Positions 23,463-34,873 of a stretch of 64,000 bases of DNA are shown here, one piece after another. Made by a program: the position numbers and the translations under genes. The stretch is from contig NW_003314288.1 of NCBI RefSeq assembly GCF_000143415.4, forward strand, positions 629,619 to 693,618. Reading direction: 5' to 3'. This DNA comes from Selaginella moellendorffii (Eukaryota; Plantae; Lycopodiophyta). Each line of letters begins with the position of its first letter. Position 1 is the first letter of the stretch. The notes below the pieces were generated by a model. That model was given only the letters and a program-made list of their open reading frames with translations, did no database searches and was not told the origin of the DNA.

Positions 23463-26339
23463 GAGAAGGAAGAGGAGCTTGAGAAAGGGCATCAGCATCA
23501 GCCATAGAACTCCCTGGGCGATGAACAACATCAAAATCATATATCTGAAGCTTCAAAGCCCATCGAGCCGTACGACCAACTAGGTTCTTCCGCTTCAATA
23601 ATGAAATAACAACAGCATGGTCACCTTCAAGTAACGTCTGAGAACCATGTAGATAGGCATGAAGTTTCTCAAAACCCTAGACTGTTGCTAAACACTCCTT
23701 CTCCGTCGTGGAGTAGTTCATCTCCGCTGATTGTAATGTACCGCTTATGTATGCAATGGGATGGCGCTGACCCGGCACACTCGAGCTCTCTTGCATCAAC
23801 ACACCTCCAAGACCAATGTCAGAAGCATCCACGGGCAAAATAAAAGGTCAAGTGTAGTCAGGATATGCCAAAACCGGAGGAGTCGTCAATAGTTTTTTGA
23901 GATCCACAAATGCTCGCTCACAATCCGGAGAATAGATGAAAGATGATGTTGATGACTTCAGCAACGCTCGCAATGGTGTAGTGCGATCGGAAAGATGATC
24001 CACAAAACGACCGAGATACTGCACCTTACCCAAAAAGAGCTGCACATCATTCACACACTTTGGTGTAGGGAACTTTAGAATAGCCACAAGTTTGTCAGGA
24101 TCAACTTGCAAACCCTCACGAGAAATACGGTACCCAAGATAAGTTGTGTCCTTGGACCCAAACACGCACTTTGACCCTTTCAGTTTTAAACCAACGTCGC
24201 ATAGCCGATCCAACACTTTACAAACATCATGAAAGTGCTCCTCCCACGTCCCCTCCGAGTGGATCAAGACATCATCAATGAAGTGAGAAGTCACCTCCGG
24301 CATATCGCAAAGAACCTCATCCATCATCCGCTGGAAAGTTGCTGGAGCATTGTTTAAACCAAACGGCATCACCAAGAACTCGTACAAACCAAATGGTGTA
24401 CGAAAAGTAGTCTTAGGAATATCTTCTTCGGCCATCGGTACTTGCCAATACCCAGAAGCAAGATCTAGCTTGGTGAACCAACGACTTCGCCCCAGACGAT
24501 CCAAAAGATCAGCAGTGTGAGGAAGAGGATACACATCTGGGATTGTCACTTCGTTTAACGGACAATAGTCGATGCAGAAACGAATACTCCCATCAGGCTT
24601 CGTCACAAGATGAGGTTCACATGCCCAAGGACTCCGCAACTTCCGAATAACACCCTTCTCTAGCATTTCCTTAACATTTGCTCGTAAAATCTTGATCTCC
24701 TTAGGTGACCAACGATGAACAGGAACCTTGATTGGACGAGCATCCCCAATTGGAATCGGATGATGTGTGGCAATCTTGGCCCTAGACGATAAGTCAAATT
24801 CAAAGAGATCAGAATACTCCTTCATGAGCCGGTCAACTGCTGCAACACAAAAATCGTCGGAGGGATCGGAAAAGGGAAAAGCAGAACAAGATGGAAACAC
24901 AAAAGGAAAGAGTGGGGGAACAAAAGTAACAGAAGCAGAGGTAGAAGTAGAGGGACGAAGAGGTATGGAAGTGAGAGGAATGGATGAAACATAAGGAAGT
25001 ATGAGACAAGGGGGAGCAAAGTCACACTTGGCATGATTGCACTGCAACCAATCCATACCAAGAATGAGGTCAAAAGCTTGACTCGGCACCACCCACAACG
25101 GCTGCAACTCAAGTTTGAGATCGCCCACACACACAACCAGGTCCACCTCATCCCGTGCACATGCATGTGTACAGCCGTTGCCATAAAGAATGAAAACTGG
25201 TTCCGCCGCACGGCGCAAGTGTAAATGACAACGTGTGGCAACAGGTCAAGCAATAGAAGATAAACTCGAACCTGTATCAACCAACACGGAGAGAATAATA
25301 GGAGACCTCTTGTTATAAAAACGAGCTTGGAAAGTACACACTAGATGAACCGGTGCCGAGTGAACCCCTTGATGATACTCCCGAAAGAAAGATGGAGGGG
25401 TCCCTAACTTATTCGTGCAAGGTCCCTCCGTTACTCACGCGACTCCTCGTTTCCCAGATGCATCTCGGTGTCCAGACCTTCCACTGCAGCAACACCCATG
25501 GGACGTTGCTGACGCCAAGGTCTCCACCAAGGAAATGGAGGTCGCCAATCCGGAAAATGACGGCAACGCCGATAAGTATGACCAACTTCATCACATGCCC
25601 AGCAGCAAACATCACGGCCACGACCATGTCCTCGCACTTTTCCTTGGACTCAAGCAGCAGCAGCATCAACCTCCATTGGAACAGGACCATCACCCATAGG
25701 AAATGGAGCAGAAGGACGTGCAGCGAGAAGTGGAAGAGGTGACGTCTCATAACATTGTGCCAAGCGAAGAGCATCGTCAAGGGTGGCAGGAGCAAGTGCA
25801 TGCACAAGGCCGACAAGATCTTGATGAAGTGCTGGCCACAACATTCCTAGCTTGATCCGCTCCGACATATTTGGCTCCGCACGAAGCAAAAAACTTTGGA
25901 AACGAACGCCAAATTGCATCACCAACTCAGATGGCCCTTGGTGAAGATGATGCAATTGTTGGAAAGCATCATCACAATCATCGGCATGTCCAAAGGCGCG
26001 TTTGAAGACGTACGGGAGAACACTCCAATCCCCACGAGTGGCTGTGCTCAAACCATTGTACCACTGCAATGCCGTCCCTTGGAGACACGTGGGAAACTCA
26101 TGCAACCGTCGAGCATTATCCCAAGAATGATATGTGGCAATCACCGTGAAGTGATTAAACCAATGGTACACATCATCCCCAGGATTCCCCCGAAAGAACT
26201 CCGGCCGAACGCGAGGATTGGCACCAAGAGCAGGAGGAGTTGGACCACGTGTTGTGAATGCCGCCATCAATTGAGTTTGGTTGTTCAATTGCAAGTGCAT
26301 AGCATCAAGCAATTGGACCAACTGCTGCTCGAGAGTCAA
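23463..26339 (-). pseudogene. Gypsy #1 gag / protease / RT / RNase H
   Basis: Retrotransposon gag, LVDTGS, DLASGYWQ, MPFGLNNAPATFQ, FIDDVL, ADALS. Confidence 0.92.
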
Positions 26340-26596
26340 AGGAGGAGATTGCTAATCTGCCATGGAGACGAATGAAAAAGAAAGAGCAAAAGAAGAGAAA
26401 TGACAAAAAGCTAGAAGGAAATGGTAGATCTAGACAATGCAAAAAGCTAGATCTAAACCAAAATCCTGAAAGGAAAGAACAAAAAGAAGGAAATGGAAAA
26501 AGCTAGATCTAGACAATGCAAAAGTTAGATCTAAACCAAAATCCCAAATCTAAGCACTCCTCAAGGACAATCAAAGGTGCCCCTCAACTCCACCAA

Positions 26597-26771
26597 TGTG
26601 AGTGTTTGGAATATGGAAAGGGAATACAGAAATGTGCATATTAATTAGCCCAAAAACCCTAGCTTATATATAGGAGCGAGTGGTCCAGATTGAAACCAAT
26701 CCGACAGCTACCAAAATCCCACTATGCTAATATTAGTATACGGCATCATAACCGTACACTTGGCCCTCACA
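26597..26771 (-). repeat. 5' LTR of gypsy #1, followed by a tRNA-Ala-type PBS at ~26580-26595
   Basis: Direct repeat of 9481-9655; minus strand TGGTGGAG is complementary to a tRNA 3' end CUCCACCA. Confidence 0.9.
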
Positions 26772-26944
26772 GCACGAAAAAAAAAGGCAAATTTAGACTT
26801 AAGTAATTTTCAAAAACCCCAACCAAATCTAAAGTGTTGGGGTCATTTTAAAAATTATTCCGGAAATATTCGAGAAGATTCTTAGGTAAGGCTTTGGCGT
26901 GCCTGCGAAGATCTGATCTCGCGGCATGGCCCGAGAATTAAAAC

Positions 26945-27790
26945 ATGGCAGCAGCCGCGGAGATTTATGAGGAGAGGCCTGAGGAGGTGGAGGAAGCAGG
27001 TAATCCGATTTTAGGGTTCGAAGAGGAAATAGAGCTCTGGGAAATGGGGCCGATTGAGATGGATCTGGGCCTCCTCGTGCTCTATCTTCACCAACAGGAG
27101 GAGGAAGAGGTGCCCATGCGGGGTGGCCGGGGTTGGCCGCGGATCTCTGAATTTGGCCCCGGGAGGATTAGGCCATGGTTCCGAGGCGGCTCGAGGAGGG
27201 GGTGCCCCAGGAGGAGGAGGCCATGGTTCTACTCTAGGAGGAGGATGCTGCGGTTCTTCTCTGGGAGGATGAGGCCATGGATCATCGCCAGGAGGAGGCC
27301 AAGCCTCGGTGATAGGAGCCAAAGCCACAGCGGGAGGAGTCCAAGCCACGCCCAGAGGAGCCCAAGCCACGTCTGGAGGAGTTCCCCTGGAGCACAGCGT
27401 GCCGGGAGCTCCAACTGCTTTGAGAACCAGAGATGGCGGTGAGTTTACATTTCTTAGGTTGCATGCATGCATGAGTGATTGAGAGCTCCCGGCAGGGTCA
27501 TAAAGAAGAGGGAGATGACAGTGTCCCCGATCTGGAACAAGACCTAGATGCTCACATGGAGGAGCTCGACCACGAGGCTGTCCAGTTTGTGGATACCTCG
27601 GGTTTTGCTGCACCTGCTGCTGCGAAGAGAACCCAGGGAAAGAACTGGAACCATGCTGAGACCATGGTCCTGATTGATCTAGTTCAGGAAAAACATCTCG
27701 CGAAGATTGCGGGGGAGGGAGGAGCAGCCAGCATGTTCTCATTACGAAGACACAGCGCTGGAATCTCATCTTTCACCGTTTTGCTTTAGG
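26945..27790 (+). pseudogene. PIF/Harbinger accessory Myb/SANT (trihelix) gene remnant
   Basis: Acidic N-terminus; KNWNHAETMVLIDLV resembles the first Myb/SANT helix; lies next to the Harbinger transposase once gypsy #2 is removed. Confidence 0.6.
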
Positions 27791-30700
27791 GTTTAAATGC
27801 ACATTGCGGATGACAAGAGCCCCGCTGCCAGATGAAGAAGACCGTGAATTTGAGGTTTGTTGGTGTTAGGCGCCAGCTTTGACCACTTGGTCAACATTAG
27901 TCAAAGGGAGGCTCAAGGGTATATTAAGGCATGTTAGGGTAAGGGATTTAACCTACCCTAGGGCTCATAGTGGAGTTTTTGATGTAGTTCAGGGGTGGTT
28001 GGGTGGTGAAGAACCTCAAGAGGTGGTGTAGCATAGTCTATGGCGACTAGATCTCTGTCTTTTTGCGCCGGATCATAACATTAGTATTAAAGGAGTTGGT
28101 TGTGATGGGTGACCAAGTTGAACGCTAGAATCCTATTGCCAATGGTGGTGCCGACGATGGTGCCGATGAAGCTGCAGAGATTTGAACCATTCAAGATGTG
28201 GTTCGTGAGCTGCGAGCCCTTATGGCCAATCTTCTTCTCACGGTAAGTCAGATACTAAAAAGTTGCGCGAGGATGACGAAAACGACCATTCCGGTCAGAC
28301 TTTCAATCATTGCTCGTCAGCTTAACTGTGTGTGGAACAAGATGGAGCTTAAGGATACGCATGAATCAACTTTAATGCTAGAGGGCATGTTCCATAGTGA
28401 TTTAATGCAGATTTTACTGGATAGTGGGAGCGATGACAACTTTGTTTCGGCAAAGTTTGTTGTGGAGCATGGCCTGGTTGAACGCGGAGTTCTTCCATAC
28501 ACAGTGGAAGGTGCAGCTACCTCTGCTCAGCATTTCGATGCTTGTGTCGAGGGGCTGGAAGTGTTGGCTGGCAAAACCACACTTGTGGAGACTTTTTATC
28601 TCGCGGATATCCATTGTGTGGATCTCATTCTTGGGATGCCAAGGTTGGTGAAAGTGGATCCAAAGATAAAGTGGAGTATTAAGCGTATTTCACTGAAGTA
28701 TGGTGGCATTAAAGATGTGTGGTTTGGCGAGGGCGTTCAGCCACCAGTTGTTATGCTCTCTACTACATCTTTGAAGCGGGCTTATCGTAATGGAAAAGCA
28801 CTTTTGAGTTACTTGTTGTTTGTTCGTGATTTGAGGGACTAAGGCACATGTGGGGGAGAAGCAGCAGTACGGGATGTACTTGACGAGTTTTCTGATGTTT
28901 TTCCATTTGAACTTCCTCATAGATTGCCTCCGTTATGAGGTGTGGAGCATGGGATTACATTGGAGCCGGGGACGCGGCCAATTTATTGGCATCCATTTGG
29001 GTTAAGTTATGCGGAGGAGCAAGAAGTTCAATGACAAATCAAGGAGTTACTTGAGTTTGGATTTATTCAGCTAAGTAAGTTTCCGTTTGGTGCTCCGGTC
29101 TTGCTTGTGAAGAAGAAGGATGGTTCAATGCGAATGTGTATTGACTACCACGCTTTGAACAAAAAGACAATGAAGGATAAGATGCCGATGCCACGTGTGG
29201 ATGATATCCTAGACAAGCTTGATGAAGCACGAGTGTTTACCAAGATTGGTCTGAGGAGTGGATATCATCAGATTGCAATGGATGATGCATTTATCTCCAA
29301 GACGGCATTCAACACAAGCTTCGGACATTTTGAGTTTACAGTTATGCTGTTTGGTTTTACGAATGCACTAGCCACATTTACTCGGTTGATGACAGAGGTA
29401 TTTGGGCGTTATCTTCATGAGTTTGTGGAGATTTTCCTGGACGATATTCTTGTTTTTAGCAAGAATATGGAGGAGTATAAGGTGCATTTGCGCAAAGTTC
29501 TTTTGTTACTCCGAGACAGCAAACTTTATGTGAAGAAGAGCAAATGTGAATTTGCAAAGTTGGAGTTGGAATATCTAAGCCATATTGAAACTGGCCTACA
29601 CCGATAATAGTGGCCGAGTTATGCAGTTTTCTTGGTATGGCTAGTTACTACCGATGTTTCCAGCATAAGTTTGCAGAAGTGGCTATTCCTTTGACACGGT
29701 TGTTACGCAAGAATGTGCCATTCGAGTGGAAGAAGCCACAAGAGGAGAGTTTTGTGGAGCTGAAACGATTGTTGAGTGAGACTCCAGTGCTTCGCATTGT
29801 CAAGACCCCTGACAAGATCAAGACTGGAAAATGCAAAAAGACAAAGAGAAAAGCTAGTGGAAACAAAGAAGAGGCCTTAGACTGGCGTTGATTCAAATTG
29901 TGGAGAAATGGAACAAGGCTAACCTATATATACTATAGGTTGATGAAGCTCCACCACTCTTGGATCGAGGACGGCCTAAATATAGCTGAGGTCAAGGAGG
30001 CGCCACATCATCATTAGGAATGTGGCTCGAGACTCAGGAATCGGGAAGTGTCTTGAGAGTCAGGAATAGGGAAGTGTCTTGAGAGTCAGAAATGTGGTTT
30101 GCAGGTCAGGAATCCGGCGAGAGTCAAGAATGTGGCAAGAATTGGAGGATTCCTGACAGCACCCCCTCCTCAAGAACGAGTGGAACAAGGATGTGAACGA
30201 GAACGAAGAGGAGGATGAGATGAGCGGCGAGGGATGGGAGATGGAGGAAAAGAATGAGGACTGGGACGAGAAGGATAGCGGCGGTGGAAGTCCTGAACAA
30301 GGTCAGGAGAATGAATCAGGTTGTCCGCAGGTTCCCAAGTGCGTTCCTCAGGTCCGTAACCCTTCCACTCCACCAGATAGTAGAGTTTAGACCGTGAAAT
30401 CTTGGAATCAAGGATGTCCTGAACCTCGTACTCAGACCCATCCTCGAGCTGCACTAGTGGAGGCGGAGGAATGACCCGATTTGGAATAGGATTGGGAATA
30501 TAAGGCTCAAGGAGAGAGGAGTGAAAAATGGGGTGAATTTGATATGAGGAGGGAAGTGCAAGGCGATAAGTGATAGGATTAATGATGGCAGTGATAGGGA
30601 AAGGACCAAGGCGTTTGAAATCGAGTTTTGGACAGGGCCTGGTGGTGGAGATATTTCGCCTGAGGAGCCAGACTTTATCCCCGATATTGTAAGGGGGACA

Positions 30701-33700
30701 ATCCTGATGATGGACATTGGCAAATGTTTTGTGAGATTCCTAAGCACGATGGAGGTGGAAGGAGATGGAGTTGTGGATTTCCTGGAGGTTGGAGATAAAT
30801 GCCTCAGAGCGGGGATTTGAACGAGAGAATTCAGATGGAGAAGGAAGTGAGAGATTGAATCAAGGATTTCGGCCAGAGTTTGCAAAGAAGGGGGAAACTC
30901 GAAGAGAGGAGTGAACAGAGTTGTTATAGGAGAACTCAGCAAGAGGAAGGATATCGAACCAATTATCCTGATGATAGTTGATGAAGCACCTCAAGAATTG
31001 TTCCAACGTCTGAATCATTCGCTCGGACTACCCATCAGTTTGAGGATGATATGCCGAAGAGAGGTTGGCCTTCACTCCAAGCAGCTGCAAAAACCGTTGC
31101 CAGAAATGAGAGATGAACTGAGGCCCCCGATCTGAAACCACATCTGTAGGAATCCCATGAAGTCGGAAAATTTCCCTGAATACCAGTTTTACCATGTCCT
31201 CGCCCAAAAACTCCTTGGTACATGGCAAGAAGTGCGCCATCTTTGTGAAGTGATCCACCACGACTAAAATGCTATTGAAGCCTCCAGAACTCGGAAGATC
31301 ACTCAAGAAATCCATGGAGATGGATTCCCAAGGACCTGAAGGGACCGGAAGGGAACGAAGCAAACCTGAAGGAAGGTGGCGAGGTACCTTATTCCGGGCA
31401 CAAGTGTCACAGGAGGTAACAAAAGCTTTGATGTAGTCGTCCATGTGAGGCCACCAAAAGTCCCGTGCAACTAGCTCATAGGTTTTCGCAATGCCGAAGT
31501 GACCAGCAGTTGGGCTATCGTGGCACGCCATCAGGACCAACCTTTGAGCATCACCTTCAGGAACGTAAAGCTGCTCCCCATGGTACAATAAACCATCTAA
31601 GAACTCGAACTCATCAAATCACCGGCAGTCGGGAGTCACTGGGTGTCCAGCTTGAAGATGGGGGAAAATGTTGCTGGCAAGGTTGTCAAATTGAAGATCG
31701 CTTCTAATCATGTCCATCAAGGAGGAGTCTTGAGGGGCCAGGGAAATTGCCATAACTTGAAGCCGATCAGGACCGAGGATAACTTGATCCTGTTGATCGA
31801 AGGCAGGATTACCAGGCCTGAGACTGAGATAGGAGCGCCTTGAAAGAGCATCAGAAAGGCCTTGAAACTTTCCAGGTCTGTACTTGATAACAAAGTCAAA
31901 CCGAGTTAGGAATTGTGCCCACCTTGCTTGACGACGGCTTAAAACTCGGGAAGTGGCAAAGTACTTGAGATTTTTGTGATCCGTCCAAACTGTTGTTTGA
32001 TGGCTCGCCCCCTCCAAGAAACGGCACCACTCTCCAAAGGAATCCACGATGGCAAGGAGCTCCTTGTCGTGGATTTCGTAATTGATCTCCGCAGGCTGGA
32101 ATTTCTGAGAATGGAAAGCGACCGGATGAAGTTCGTGATCTGCTCCGAGTTGAGACAGCACAGCACCAATGGCAAAGTCGGAGGCATCAGCCTCAATGAA
32201 GAAAGGTTGTGAGGAATCAGCATGGATCAAGACAGGAGCAGAACTGAAGGCCGCCTTGAGTGTGTCGAAGGCCTGCTGGGCAGCAGCAGACCAAGAGAAG
32301 GGAACATCCTTGCGAGTGAGATGTGTGACAGGAGGGACAATGTCAGAGTAGTGATCAATGAATTTGCGGTAGAAGTTGGCGAAGCCAAGGAAAACCTGAA
32401 CGTCCGACATTGATTGTGGAGGCTCCCATTCAAGAATAGTCTTGACTTTGGCAGGATCCATCGTGATACCCTCAGGAGTGACAATGTACCCAAGGAACTC
32501 CACAGACTGCTAATCAAAGGAACATTTCTCAAGCTTCGCCTATAGGCCGTGTTCTCGCAGCTTCGCTAGCACCTTGCGTACATGTTCGTCATGCTCCTCC
32601 TGAGTTTTTGAGTAGATGAGGATGTCATCGAGGTAGATGATCACCATCTGATCAAGAAACTCCCAAAAGACGTCGTTCGCCATGTGTTGGAAAACTGCTG
32701 GAGCATTTGTCAAGCCAAATGGCATGACAGTGTACTCGAAGTGGCCATAGCAGGTTCGGAACGCAGTCTTCCATTCATCACCAGGCTGGATCCAGATCAG
32801 GTTGTATGCTCCACGGAGGTCGATCTTGGTGAAGAAGCGGGCACCGCCGAGACGTTCCAACAGGTCCGAGATCAGGGGCAGCGGATAACGGTTCCGAACA
32901 GTCACCTTGTTCAAACCTCGGTACTCTGATGACTAGCCGCAAGCTCCCATCCTTCTTCTTGACAAAGAAGACAGGCGCTCCAGCCGGGGACTGCGAATGC
33001 TGAATGTAGCCCGAGGCAAGGTTCTCATCCACGTACTCTTTGAGGGCCTTAAGCTCGGATGGGGATAACCCGTAGATAGGCCCCCATGGAGGTGACGCTC
33101 CTTCCTGTAAATCAATGGGACAATCATAAGGCCGATGAACAAGCAGTACACTAGCTTTTTTCTTGTCAAACACATCCCCAAAATCATGATACTTCTCAGG
33201 AAGACTGACAGGAAAAACATGCAAAGCAAAAAGAAAAAGAGGTTCTTCATGAAGGAGTTCTTTCATAGTGATTGTGGAGATAGGAGGAGGCGTACGACTA
33301 AATGGAATGATGAGACAAGGATACGGTCCAGTGTAAGATGGAAGAGAGGAAAAAGAAGAGGGTGAAAACTTTATAGAGTCAGGAACAGAACCCCGATTTG
33401 AGTTTAGGGAACTTTTCCTGATTCGGACTCGATGAAAAGTAGGGGAAGCCGTGGGAGAGATGAGCTGTAATTCCTTCCAACAGATTTGAGGCTGATGTAG
33501 TTGGAACCAAGGAAGACTGAGCACCACAGAGGAGGACTTGCTGTTGATGATGTTGAAGGCGATATCGGTGACAGTGGACCCGATGTGTACTTGAATAGGC
33601 AACGTTTCCCTAAGTCCAGAAGATGGAGACACAAAATGCCCGCTGATGCCTTCAACCCTCAAATCCCGTATGGTAGGAGAAAGAGGAACGTGATGTTGGG

Positions 33701-33901
33701 CAGCAAAGTCCGTGTCCATGAAGCAGGAAGTTGCACCCGAGTCCAGTAACGCCAGAGCCTTGAGTCCTGATTGTCCGGTGAAAGAAAGGAGACATGGGAT
33801 GCGGAAGTTGCAGGAATTGGTGGTGGCTTTGATGAAAGGTGGTGAGGAGCTTGATAAAGAAGAAAAGTGATTTTTATTCGGGGAGTCCAAACAGACAGCT
33901 C

Positions 33902-34873
33902 CTACTCTGTTTGGACAGGGTCGTTTCCCGACTGCAATAGAGGTGGACTTTGAGGCAAAGTGAACTCGAGCAGTTGAGGAGGCTTCTTGGGACATACAGC
34001 TGCTTTGTGATTAGGATCAGCACAATAGAGGCAAAGATTATGAGATATTCGACGTTGCTTCTCAGCAGGACTCAACTTCCCTCTAATGAGTCGGGGAGTA
34101 CCAGAAATATCCATTGGAACCGGAGCAGTAGGTTCAGGAGTATGCCCCGAAGACTCAAGCTGGGATTTCTGAGTCTGGGACGGAAAAACAGTGGCACGGG
34201 GACTTTCCTGACGACGTTCAAAGAGACGATTGTCACATCGAATAGCTTTGTTGATGGCATCCGACAGGTCCTTGGGATCCTCCATGGTGAGCAACAAATC
34301 CTTGACACCGTTGTTGAGGCCGAAACGAAATTGGTCAATTAGGGCCCGCTCATCCCACTGAGTTTCCAAAGCAAGGAGTTGGAACTCTGCAGCGTAGATC
34401 GAGGCAAGACAAGACCCCTGAGAGAGACGTCTCATCTTTGTGATAGCAGCCCGAACCCGATCCGTCTCGCCAAAACATGCTTCGAGCTTCTCTTTGAACA
34501 ATTGAAGATCCATCAGTTCTGGAACCACGACCCCTTTCATGCTCTTCTCCAAAAGAGGAGAAAACCATGACAAAGCTGCACCTTCGAGCAACGTCCTAAT
34601 CGCGCCGATTTGAGACTCGGGAGTAGGGTACCGCCGATGTTGAAGTGCGAAGATCAACTCCATCTCGTTCAGGAATCCACGAAGCTTCGAATGCTTGCCT
34701 GAAAATTTCGCCGGGAAGCTCACCTTCGGTTCAGGAACTTTGCTGGATCCTTGAGCCGAAAGTGAAGCAAGTTCCTGCTGCATGCGAAGAAGGGTCGCCT
34801 TCAGCTCGGTATTCTCAGACTGGATTTTTGCAAGGACTTCAGCAAAGAAATCAGGATGGCTTGGAGACTCCAT
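33902..34873 (-). CDS. Gag of chromovirus #3
   Basis: Open frame from ATG 34873; retrotransposon gag core, PMDI motif, CCHC knuckle. Confidence 0.88.
   Translation of the reverse strand: MESPSHPDFFAEVLAKIQSENTELKATLLRMQQELASLSAQGSSKVPEPKVSFPAKFSGKHSKLRGFLNEMELIFALQHRRYPTPESQIGAIRTLLEGAALSWFSPLLEKSMKGVVVPELMDLQLFKEKLEACFGETDRVRAAITKMRRLSQGSCLASIYAAEFQLLALETQWDERALIDQFRFGLNNGVKDLLLTMEDPKDLSDAINKAIRCDNRLFERRQESPRATVFPSQTQKSQLESSGHTPEPTAPVPMDISGTPRLIRGKLSPAEKQRRISHNLCLYCADPNHKAAVCPKKPPQLLEFTLPQSPPLLQSGNDPVQTE
33923..33929 (-). promoter_or_regulatory. -1 ribosomal frameshift slippery site G_GGA_AAC
   Basis: X XXY YYZ heptamer in gag frame within the gag/pol overlap; pol is in the -1 frame. Confidence 0.75.

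Larger units (their letters stand above)
9481..26771 (-). mobile_element. Ty3/gypsy LTR retrotransposon #1 (no chromodomain), interrupted by a DNA transposon
   Basis: 175-bp TG..CA LTRs at 9481-9655 and 26597-26771 (~10 mismatches). PPT at 9656-9670; PBS TGGTGGAGTTGAGGGG; flanks GCAT/GCAC. gag 26339-25431 (CCHC CWACDEVGHTYRRC), PR/RT 25300-23848, RNase H to 23463, integrase 11173-9688. Confidence 0.95.
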
